Made by a program: the position numbers and the translations under genes. From positions 64,001-128,000 of IMG/VR virus record IMGVR_UViG_3300046787_000316: a stretch of 64,000 nucleotides of DNA. The stretch is one strand, 5' to 3'. Shown here in pieces: positions 9,441-18,062 of the stretch. Under the pieces are notes generated by a model. That model was not told where the DNA came from and ran no database searches. It worked only from the letters and a program-made list of their open reading frames with translations. This DNA is from a virus. How positions within the stretch are numbered: the first letter of the stretch is position 1; every line of letters starts with the position of its first letter.

Positions 9441-10077
9441 AATTTATGTAACAAAATCTATTATAATTTTTAACTTTTTCAACTGCGTGAAATGGATTGT
9501 GTTTTGTAAAATCTAATATAGCAACATTTCCAAAAATAGGTTTAACTATATTTGTATGTTCTATTATTAACTCACCACCATTACCCTCAATATAATTGTG
9601 GGTTAGATATATTAATATAACACAATTTGGCTTGTTTTCAGAATACGATGCATCTTGATGATTAATTAAGTAGCAGCCATCGTTATACATAGTTAGTTGT
9701 GATGAACCTTTGAATTCCGAATCGTAGAATGTTTTAAATATAGTTTCAGCCAATTTAGCCGATTCATTTATATATTTAGGATAATCGAAGTACCAAATTT
9801 GGTCAACTGAATTATCCACACCATTGGTATAATTTTCTAATATATCATTCTTAATGATTTCCAACTCATCAAATGGTGCATCTAATATAGATGATTTGTA
9901 TGGCGATTTCTTATTCAATTCTATAATAGAATTTCTCAAATTACGAAAAGATGAAGGTTTCAATGTTTCAATTGGAAACAATTTTTCTAATTTAAGAAAT
10001 AAATCGTTATTTAATTCACTTAAATGAAATGAAACGTATCCTTTATTGAATAATTCGTTTTTTAAAACAGATTCCAT
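9433..10077 (-). CDS. 2OG-Fe(II) oxygenase (prolyl-hydroxylase-like)
   Basis: YNDGCYLINHQD (HxD), GGEL, PFHAVEKV, NRFCYINF. Confidence 0.8.
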   Translation of the reverse strand: MESVLKNELFNKGYVSFHLSELNNDLFLKLEKLFPIETLKPSSFRNLRNSIIELNKKSPYKSSILDAPFDELEIIKNDILENYTNGVDNSVDQIWYFDYPKYINESAKLAETIFKTFYDSEFKGSSQLTMYNDGCYLINHQDASYSENKPNCVILIYLTHNYIEGNGGELIIEHTNIVKPIFGNVAILDFTKHNPFHAVEKVKNYNRFCYINFC

Positions 10078-11147
10078 TGTGATATTATATTTTTTGTGAA
10101 TATTTTATACATTCTAGCCGATACGTGTCCCAATGGACACCCATCATTATATAGTTCAATCAATTTATCTTCGGTATATTCCCCATCTACTCTTTGCTCC
10201 ATAAATAATGAATTATTGTAGTTGGTATCTCTATTGGAATCATTTATATCATAATTACGAATTGCCCATTCAATTACTCCACCAAATTTATGAATACCCT
10301 CTTCTTCATAAAACCAAAACGTATTCCAATCTACCATATTATAGTAATATTCCAAATATGGATTTTTAAAATAGCTCATAGAGTCATTATAGGTGTTTGG
10401 TATGTATTTGTTTTTTATAATTTCATACATTTCGTTATGCGGCGAATTCTCTGGCTTAAACATTGGGAATCCTCCACCATTTATACAATTTAAAACGTAT
10501 GTATCTGAAAAGTTATTAGATATGTTGAACATCTTATATTTTATACCATTTGATTTAAAATACATTTGTAACATAATGATTGTTTCTAAAAATACAAGCA
10601 ATCTCTCTTCATACGAATGATAGTGTCCTAAGTTTAAATAAGCAAATTCTCTCATAGGATTTTTAACATGCTCCATTCCGAATCCACCTGATAGGAAATA
10701 GTATCCGTTTTCACCAATACTATTTTTTTCTTCTACGAAATCATTAATATGCGCATAATCATCATCCCACCTCTTACCATGCTGTGGTAGTTTTAGTTTT
10801 GGATTTTCATTTATCTTTGATGGTGACACAAAATAACTATTTCTATAAAAAGATGACCATTGTACTATAACCGAAATATCAGATGTATCAATTCCTTCTT
10901 TTTTTAATTTTTCGATTTTGTAAATTATATTTCTAGCTATTACTTGATTATCGTTTGTAACATTTCCCAAATTTATAACTTTCAATTCAGGGTTTGCTTC
11001 TTGAATTTGATGTGCGTAATAATTAAATTCATTCGAATGAGAATGCCTTGCCATATCATCTTCTTCCATAAAATTATCAGCGGTTACATCGATATTAATT
11101 CGACCTGCTCGTGTGAATGAGCAACCATTTGTAATTAAATATTTCAT
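10062..11147 (-). CDS. SGNH/GDSL-like protein
   Basis: ITNGCSFT, NDNQVI, VQWS, C-terminal GHVS. Confidence 0.65.
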   Translation of the reverse strand: MKYLITNGCSFTRAGRINIDVTADNFMEEDDMARHSHSNEFNYYAHQIQEANPELKVINLGNVTNDNQVIARNIIYKIEKLKKEGIDTSDISVIVQWSSFYRNSYFVSPSKINENPKLKLPQHGKRWDDDYAHINDFVEEKNSIGENGYYFLSGGFGMEHVKNPMREFAYLNLGHYHSYEERLLVFLETIIMLQMYFKSNGIKYKMFNISNNFSDTYVLNCINGGGFPMFKPENSPHNEMYEIIKNKYIPNTYNDSMSYFKNPYLEYYYNMVDWNTFWFYEEEGIHKFGGVIEWAIRNYDINDSNRDTNYNNSLFMEQRVDGEYTEDKLIELYNDGCPLGHVSARMYKIFTKNIISQWNLF

Positions 11148-12154
11148 AAGAATTTTGGTTTTAAAATATCAAAATAAAACTTTCTCCACATTAACGTAGA
11201 TGGGTGTCCATACGATTTATCATTGAAGTAATTCTTAATATCCGTATCTGACATAAATTCCATTTCAAAATAGATATTTTTACTTAAATTTAAACCACTA
11301 TCATCTACAATGTTCTCATCCCAATTACCCAAAGTCCATTCCAATGCTCCCCCACATTTGTGATATCCATCTATCTGATAATACCAAAAATCATTTTCAA
11401 AATCTATTAAATCTATTAAATAATTAATATATGGGTTATCCATAAACATACCGGCTTCCCAATTTTCTCCAACCAATTTATATTTAAGTAAGTTTGGTCC
11501 AAAATCTATAACCGGCTCTTGTGTTCTGTTATTTAAGTTATCGTATGTAGAAAATGAATTGGATGTGATATTATTATTCATTTGAAAATATTTGTATTTT
11601 ATTCCCAAACTTTTACAGAATGATGACATCATAATTATATTCTTCAACCAAGATATTATACGTTCTTCGTTTGAGTATTGATGTGCAAAATAATTAAACG
11701 TTATATCATTTAGTTTATCCAAATTATCGGTGCGATTGTATCCACCAGTTAGATATTTGAAACCATGTTCATACGGATATCGTTTTTCTGAAATGAAATC
11801 ATTGGTATGTATCCTATTAGTCATCTCACTACGGCTTACCATATATTTTGGTATATAGAATGAATTTCTACTCAATGCAGACCACTGTATTATAACTTCA
11901 ATATCAGTTGGGTTAATACCATCTTTCATTAATTTACTAATGGCATACATAACACTTTCAACAATTGTACTATTATCATTTGTAGGGCAACCATAGTTAT
12001 GAACTTTATAGTTATCCGATTCGTAATATTGTATCCACTCTACCCAAGTCCAACTTTCCATATTTTTATCAAACAATGGATACTCCGTTGGCATGTCGAT
12101 ATTTGGTTTTACTAAATTAGTAAAAGAACATCCAGATGTTACGAGGTGTTTCAT
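11144..12154 (-). CDS. SGNH/GDSL-like protein (tandem paralogue)
   Basis: VTSGCSFT, TNDNSTI, IQWSALSR, GHPS; similar throughout to 10062..11147. Confidence 0.65.
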   Translation of the reverse strand: MKHLVTSGCSFTNLVKPNIDMPTEYPLFDKNMESWTWVEWIQYYESDNYKVHNYGCPTNDNSTIVESVMYAISKLMKDGINPTDIEVIIQWSALSRNSFYIPKYMVSRSEMTNRIHTNDFISEKRYPYEHGFKYLTGGYNRTDNLDKLNDITFNYFAHQYSNEERIISWLKNIIMMSSFCKSLGIKYKYFQMNNNITSNSFSTYDNLNNRTQEPVIDFGPNLLKYKLVGENWEAGMFMDNPYINYLIDLIDFENDFWYYQIDGYHKCGGALEWTLGNWDENIVDDSGLNLSKNIYFEMEFMSDTDIKNYFNDKSYGHPSTLMWRKFYFDILKPKFL

Positions 12155-13152
12155 TACAATTTACTTTTATATGCTAATATTGATTTTGTAAGTCCTTCTT
12201 TCAAAGTAGTTTGTGGCAAAATACCATATTTGGTTTGTTTTTTAGAACCTAAACATCTAATGGCATCTCCATTTGTTTTAGTTTCATCCCACACTATATT
12301 TTTCTCTATCCCACTTATTTCTTTATATGCTTCAACGATAGTTTCAATTGTTTCTTTAATTGTAACTGCTTCGCCACATCCAAAATTGATTATGTCCTTA
12401 ACTTCCTTTTTAACAACATCGATAGTCGCTTGAGCTACATCATCTCCAAATACAAAATCTCTTTTAGAAGAACCATTTCCCCAACAAATCATATCATCTC
12501 CTTCTACATTAAATAACTTCCATATATTAGAACTAATTACAGTAGCATCTTGAGCAAAATTATCATTTGTGCCATAGATGTTAGATGGGCGTATTACAGT
12601 CCAATTATCCCATCCGTATTGAATCCTAAGCGAATCTAACGTAAGTTCTCCCATACGTTTTGTCCAACCTGGATGCCAATCTAATCGAGATGGAGTTGAT
12701 GCCCAAGTTTCTTCTTGTGACCAAATATCTTCTTCGTGCATTACATCGGCTGGCGAATATACACCAACTGATGAAAGATATACAAACCAATCAACTTTTG
12801 CATCAAATGATGCTTTAATCATATTGGTATTAAACATCAACATTGGGAATAAATAATCAGCAGGTTGCGTTGATGAACGAGCGGGTGAACCTTTTACTCC
12901 AGCAATATGTAATACTATATCAATCTTCTCATTTTCGAATAATTGTTCACAATGTGAAAGATATGTTAAATCTGTTTGAACTAATATCAATCTATCTAAA
13001 CCATATTTAGATTGTAGTTCTCTCAATGATTCGCCGATTTTTAAATCAACTGCCATTACATTAGAACCTTCTTCTAAACACTTTTCAATTGTTGGTAATC
13101 CAACCAACCCATTTGCTCCCGTTACTAAAACGTTTTTGCCTTTAAATTCCAT
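12154..13152 (-). CDS. NAD(P)-dependent epimerase/reductase, GDP-L-fucose synthase-like extended SDR
   Basis: VTGANGLVG, IRPSNIYGTNDNF, CWGNGSSKRDFVFGDD; YxxxK reads PGWTK. Confidence 0.85.
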   Translation of the reverse strand: MEFKGKNVLVTGANGLVGLPTIEKCLEEGSNVMAVDLKIGESLRELQSKYGLDRLILVQTDLTYLSHCEQLFENEKIDIVLHIAGVKGSPARSSTQPADYLFPMLMFNTNMIKASFDAKVDWFVYLSSVGVYSPADVMHEEDIWSQEETWASTPSRLDWHPGWTKRMGELTLDSLRIQYGWDNWTVIRPSNIYGTNDNFAQDATVISSNIWKLFNVEGDDMICWGNGSSKRDFVFGDDVAQATIDVVKKEVKDIINFGCGEAVTIKETIETIVEAYKEISGIEKNIVWDETKTNGDAIRCLGSKKQTKYGILPQTTLKEGLTKSILAYKSKL

Positions 13153-14461
13153 AATTTTTTATTTTTTGTAAACTATTTTCAAATACATCATACTTTGTAA
13201 AACTTAATAGATGATTCCTATTATATATACATATATTTTTCAATTCTAATAGTAGTTGATTTAGTTCAGTTATATCGAATTGAGATATACGAAGTATTTC
13301 ATCGCATACCATTTTAAATCGTTTTTGAGAATTAGTTTCATTATCATATTCCTCATTTATATAAGGTGAGAATGTTTTAAATCCTAATTCTTGCATTATT
13401 TTTAAATGTCCATTTGAAGAAAATACAATGAAAGGTTGTAAATTAATAATTGGATGAAATGTTTTTTCCGAAAGGAATACTCTGTTATTTGTAAATGTAG
13501 TTTCAGTTACAATGTTAATAGCAGATTCCATATACAATGGCTTATAGTATATTTCGGAAGTTCTGAATTCAGATATGTTAATACGTTTATCCAAAAATTG
13601 AGTATCCAACTCCATTGGTATTTTATTAAAAAAAATGGAATCATACTCCATATATGACTGCGCATCTACTTTCGAAAGCACCTCATTTAATTCATCTACA
13701 TTTTTAGGATTGTGGCATACTAAGAAACTAAAATTACCAATATCCCATAGATTATTTTTTTCTAAAAATAAACCCAATGCATATCGATGTGGTCTATCAA
13801 CGTGTCTATTCATTGAAATAAAGTGTTTTTGTTTTTTAGTATCAAATACACTATGGTCTACTATTTCGGTAGTAAATTCAACTTGATTAGATTTATATGT
13901 TTTATTTCTTAATAATAGTTTTAAAGATTGTGCAGTATTTGCCAAAAAGAAATGGTCTGATATATAATTTATATTAGAATTTGTTGGAATATTGTTTGCG
14001 CTTGTTAATATAAAGAAATTAGATGGATTTATGTTGTTATCTCTACAAAATGTTTCTATTTGATTATTAAAAACAACATCGTATAAAGGTTCACCAAACC
14101 AATTAAATATTACCTTTAGTTGATTCGATTTTAACCTATCCAACACATTATCGGATATATTATTTATAAATTCATTATTGTAATATGGAACAGGTGTGTA
14201 TGATTCGCATATATAATACAATACATCATCTGATATATCGGTGGTTTGTAAATTATGTTTAAATACATACCCAGTTGATAATGTGCCAGAAAATTTATTA
14301 GTTCTACGTTCTCTTAAAAAAGAATCCCAATTGTAATCTATTGAGCATAACGTATTGTATTCATCTAATTCAATTTTGGAAAGGTTGTTTGGAAGTATTC
14401 TACCAAATTTATCTACATTTTCAAAGTAGAATTTAAAAGGCAATCCATTTACCTGTTCCAT
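13142..14461 (-). CDS. Putative glycosyltransferase, GT10-like (paralogue of 5795..7234)
   Basis: MNRHVDRPHR, INIVTETTF...FLSEKTFHPIINLQPFI, GFKTF. Confidence 0.45.
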   Translation of the reverse strand: MEQVNGLPFKFYFENVDKFGRILPNNLSKIELDEYNTLCSIDYNWDSFLRERRTNKFSGTLSTGYVFKHNLQTTDISDDVLYYICESYTPVPYYNNEFINNISDNVLDRLKSNQLKVIFNWFGEPLYDVVFNNQIETFCRDNNINPSNFFILTSANNIPTNSNINYISDHFFLANTAQSLKLLLRNKTYKSNQVEFTTEIVDHSVFDTKKQKHFISMNRHVDRPHRYALGLFLEKNNLWDIGNFSFLVCHNPKNVDELNEVLSKVDAQSYMEYDSIFFNKIPMELDTQFLDKRINISEFRTSEIYYKPLYMESAINIVTETTFTNNRVFLSEKTFHPIINLQPFIVFSSNGHLKIMQELGFKTFSPYINEEYDNETNSQKRFKMVCDEILRISQFDITELNQLLLELKNICIYNRNHLLSFTKYDVFENSLQKIKNYGI

Positions 14462-15062
14462 AATGTGGGAATTTTGATTTATAGTTGTAATATATTACAT
14501 CCGATGGTATTTCTCTTTTTGTATTCCAAGTTGCTTCCGTTGGTGTATAAGTTGAAACATTATTATCTTCTACTACGAAATATAAAGGTAAGTCAAAGTT
14601 TTTAGCATACTTATGTACTTCATAAAATATACCACTTTCAAAACTCATATCACCTACAAAACACCAAACTTTTTCATCACTACCACTATCTTTTAAAGAT
14701 TTGGCAACACCCAATGCAATTGAAAGAGTTCCACCAACAATTGCCGATGAATATAATTTTTCATCCGAATTGCATAATGTGATTGATTTTCCTTTAAGGA
14801 TTTCATCTTCAATCCAAATTGGACAAACACCTTTAAGTAATGCATGATAATGCGAACGCCAAGTTGAAAACACCCAATCGGTTGATTTTATTCTTTTGAA
14901 TATTTCAATCAATTGCTCTTCATTTCCTTCCGATAAATGAATGGGGCCCCTAATCTTTGCATCTTCCCAATGCTTCACAATCATTTCTTCAAAATTGATT
15001 AAATCTTCCGAAGTGTATTCCACATCATTTACAATTGGATACTTATCGATATTCTGTATCAT
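14433..15062 (-). CDS. TPP-dependent enzyme, short E1-alpha-like subunit
   Basis: GPIHLSEGNEE, STWRSHYHAL, SSAIVGG, FVGDMSFESG...VVEDNN (TPP/Mg motif); 209 aa. Confidence 0.85.
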   Translation of the reverse strand: MIQNIDKYPIVNDVEYTSEDLINFEEMIVKHWEDAKIRGPIHLSEGNEEQLIEIFKRIKSTDWVFSTWRSHYHALLKGVCPIWIEDEILKGKSITLCNSDEKLYSSAIVGGTLSIALGVAKSLKDSGSDEKVWCFVGDMSFESGIFYEVHKYAKNFDLPLYFVVEDNNVSTYTPTEATWNTKREIPSDVIYYNYKSKFPHYGTGKWIAF

Positions 15063-15811
15063 ATTAGTTTTATTTCAGTTAACTTATTATATATTCGCTG
15101 TGCTACTTCCTTATGCCCTTCGATGGATAAATGTGGGTCTGGCACTGGACAATTTGGTATATCCATTATTCTCATTTCATTATTACTAGCCCATGCTCCC
15201 AAATTATCACCATCAAATTTTATAAAATTATTTGCTTCATTAAATTGAGTTGGATTACCATCATACGAAAGCCATAATGTATCTATACCTTTTGATTTTA
15301 ACCATAAATCATACATCTCAATATCTCTAATTAAATTATTCACAACATCGGTTTCATTGTAAATATATGATAAGTAATTAGTATAGTACTCATGTAATGG
15401 TTTGTATGCGTAGTTTCCTAAAAATGGTGGTTCTGAAAATTCAGTTCTATTTAATTTTATAAACTCATTTGTAAAATCATAATAAACGTGCTGTCTAGTA
15501 AACATTGTCAACTGTCCTATCATTAAAACACGTTGAGTTGGTTTTGGATTTGAAAAGTATTTATAAATTTTTCTAAAAATCAAATCATTAGATGACATCG
15601 ATTCGGCAGTATTTATAAACTTACATCCGAATAAATTAGCCAAATATACTATGTAATTATTATCTTTTTTAAATTTTATAGTATCAGGATGCATGAACCC
15701 AATACTATCATCATTTATATTATTTATAAATTTATAAACGTTTGGATTATCCAGTCCACCACCTTCGGTAAAACTACAACCAAATCCTACTATTAAATCG
15801 TATTGCTTCAT
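15059..15811 (-). CDS. SGNH/GDSL-like protein
   Basis: FGCSFTEGGG, SNDLIFRK, DPHLSIEGHKEVA. Confidence 0.7.
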   Translation of the reverse strand: MKQYDLIVGFGCSFTEGGGLDNPNVYKFINNINDDSIGFMHPDTIKFKKDNNYIVYLANLFGCKFINTAESMSSNDLIFRKIYKYFSNPKPTQRVLMIGQLTMFTRQHVYYDFTNEFIKLNRTEFSEPPFLGNYAYKPLHEYYTNYLSYIYNETDVVNNLIRDIEMYDLWLKSKGIDTLWLSYDGNPTQFNEANNFIKFDGDNLGAWASNNEMRIMDIPNCPVPDPHLSIEGHKEVAQRIYNKLTEIKLI

Positions 15812-16353
15812 CTATCTCTTTTTTGTAATATGGGATTGGTGGTAGGCCATTCCATTTGATATTCCGGGTCGTTCCATTTAATTACACCTTGCTCATTTGC
15901 ATCTATATATTCTCCATTGTAAAATAAATTGTAATGAAACATACAATCGGTAAGTGCATAGTGACCATTTGCAAACCCAGGAGGAACTAATACCTGTTGC
16001 CTGTTACGTTCGGATATGATAAATGATTCCCAATCCCCAAAGGTAGGCGAACCTTCTCTTACATCCAAAACAATGAGGTATATTTCCCCAACAACGGCTT
16101 GGACTAACTTCCAAGTTTTAGTATCATAGTGTAATCCTCGTAATACGTTTTTGTAGGAACGAGAGAATCTACCGTGAATACTAATTTCTGATTTATCATA
16201 GTGAATATGATTCATTACTGGATGTTCCTCACTATGAAATGTAGTAAATATTTCACCCCTATATTCTCTGTAAATAGATGGGGTAAAAATAGGTACTTCG
16301 TACTCAAATATTTTTGATGGAGTTTCTATAAACTCATTCCATTTATTACTCAT
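15808..16353 (-). CDS. rmlC: dTDP-4-dehydrorhamnose 3,5-epimerase family protein
   Basis: YREYRG, SRSYKNVLRGLHY, KLVQAVVGEI, VLVPPGFANGHYAL, IKWNDP. Confidence 0.9.
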   Translation of the reverse strand: MSNKWNEFIETPSKIFEYEVPIFTPSIYREYRGEIFTTFHSEEHPVMNHIHYDKSEISIHGRFSRSYKNVLRGLHYDTKTWKLVQAVVGEIYLIVLDVREGSPTFGDWESFIISERNRQQVLVPPGFANGHYALTDCMFHYNLFYNGEYIDANEQGVIKWNDPEYQMEWPTTNPILQKRDR

Positions 16354-16354
16354 A

Positions 16355-17326
16355 CTATGTATTTTTTGCGTATCCTAATGGGAATCCGTTTCTAAACTCT
16401 GCTCCCATCTTAGGAACAATCATTTGGTAGGCTTGAATTAATTCAGTTATACCCTTATCCAAATTCCAATGTGCTCTCCATCCAGTCGCTTCTATTTTAG
16501 CGTTCGATACAATGTAATCTCTTTTATCAGGGTCCTCATAAAAGTCGTTGTATGATACCGCAAAATCCTTTACATGAGATTGTATCTTTTCTAATAACTC
16601 TTGCTTTGATAAATTGGCAGAACTTAATCCTACGTTAAATACTTCACCTTTGTAAGTATCATATCTATCTAACATAAACATAAACACATTTGCTACATCC
16701 CTAATATGAATAAAGTTTCGTTTGAAATTCTTTTCAAATACAACAATGTATTTATCGGTAATTGCTTTGTAAACAAAATCGTTTACTAATAAGTCGGTTC
16801 TCATTCTTGGCGATACACCAAACACAGTTGCTAATCGGAATATAATAGCATCTGTTTCTTTTAATAATAAATTTTCAGCTTCGCACTTTGTTTTACCATA
16901 AACTGAAATAGGGTTTAGTGGTGATTCTTCCGTACATTCCGTTTGTCCTTCGCCTATTCCATATCCACTATTAGTATTTGGATATAATATTTTTTTACCA
17001 GTCCCCTTTGTGAATCTAACAATATTTTCAATTTGTGTATAATTTACATCCAATGCCAACTGCGGGTCGGCATCGCAAGCAGGGAATCCTACAATAGCTG
17101 CTAATGGAATAATAGCATCCGCTTCATTACAACACTTTTCCAATAATGTCGTATTACGGACATCTCCATAAATGAATTTGAATTTAGTTGTAAATGTATA
17201 TTGTAATAACGATGTTTGATTGAATAATAATTTATCCAAAACAGTCACATGGTGTCCTTCATCTAATAACCTACCAACTATAACCGAGCCTAAGTATCCA
17301 GCTCCTCCTGTTATCAATACTTTCAT
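16355..17326 (-). CDS. NAD-dependent epimerase/dehydratase (extended SDR)
   Basis: ITGGAGYLG, LAAIVG, YGKTK (intact YxxxK), RLATVFGVSPRMRTDL, RNFIHIRD. Confidence 0.9.
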   Translation of the reverse strand: MKVLITGGAGYLGSVIVGRLLDEGHHVTVLDKLLFNQTSLLQYTFTTKFKFIYGDVRNTTLLEKCCNEADAIIPLAAIVGFPACDADPQLALDVNYTQIENIVRFTKGTGKKILYPNTNSGYGIGEGQTECTEESPLNPISVYGKTKCEAENLLLKETDAIIFRLATVFGVSPRMRTDLLVNDFVYKAITDKYIVVFEKNFKRNFIHIRDVANVFMFMLDRYDTYKGEVFNVGLSSANLSKQELLEKIQSHVKDFAVSYNDFYEDPDKRDYIVSNAKIEATGWRAHWNLDKGITELIQAYQMIVPKMGAEFRNGFPLGYAKNT

Positions 17327-17327
17327 A

Positions 17328-18062
17328 TTATAATTTTTCTAAATCTTTACAAAATTTCATTAAGTGGTTGTTGTTACCTGTCATGTCCCAAAACTTATAA
17401 TCAGTTTCGTTTTCAAAATTAAAACAACATAATAATCCTAACTCACTTTTATCAACTAATTGAAATCCATGTTTATTTTTAGTTACAAGATTTGGTAAGT
17501 TTTTTCTGAAATCATTAACAACCGAGCCATCTAATTTTTTATTAGAAACTATAAAGAAATCACTATAACATTCTTGCGACCAACTAAAATCTCCCTTAGT
17601 ATCAGCTGAACCTATAAAGTATGGTGCGTTAACATAATCTCTTAACTTACCACCCAATGTTTCGGAATATACTAATTCATCATCAATCCATAATTCATAA
17701 GTAAACGTATCCCCATCCCAATTTAATGTAAATAAATGTGGTTCTGCCCAAAATTCTTCATCTTTATAGAACAAAATCTTATCGGCATATTTTTCTACCT
17801 CATCTTCCACATACCAAAAATTCAACATTAACATATCGGGTTTTCTATAAACGATTCCCGTATGTAATCCTCTTCTCATAAAGATTCCAGCCATATCATC
17901 TATTTTGGAATCATCTTCTCCTCGTTTCCAAGTTCCACTAATAGTCCAACTTGATTCATTCATTACATAAAAAGCAGATGTATCAATAATCCCATAGGCG
18001 TTATGTGGCCACCAAGGCAAATCTGCTAATATCAATGGTTCTTTGTGTTTTATTTTGTACAT
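17328..18062 (-). CDS. Concanavalin A/LamG-like lectin domain protein
   Basis: SWTISGTW, HLFTLNWDG...LWIDDEL, FIGS, C-terminal WDMTGNNNH. Confidence 0.55.
   Translation of the reverse strand: MYKIKHKEPLILADLPWWPHNAYGIIDTSAFYVMNESSWTISGTWKRGEDDSKIDDMAGIFMRRGLHTGIVYRKPDMLMLNFWYVEDEVEKYADKILFYKDEEFWAEPHLFTLNWDGDTFTYELWIDDELVYSETLGGKLRDYVNAPYFIGSADTKGDFSWSQECYSDFFIVSNKKLDGSVVNDFRKNLPNLVTKNKHGFQLVDKSELGLLCCFNFENETDYKFWDMTGNNNHLMKFCKDLEKL

Noticed and set aside
7857-15062. Pyruvate dehydrogenase as a central-metabolism AMG, or pseudogene fragments
   Set aside because: No E2/E3 in the window, both ORFs intact with coupled starts and stops, and the context is entirely nucleotide-sugar genes
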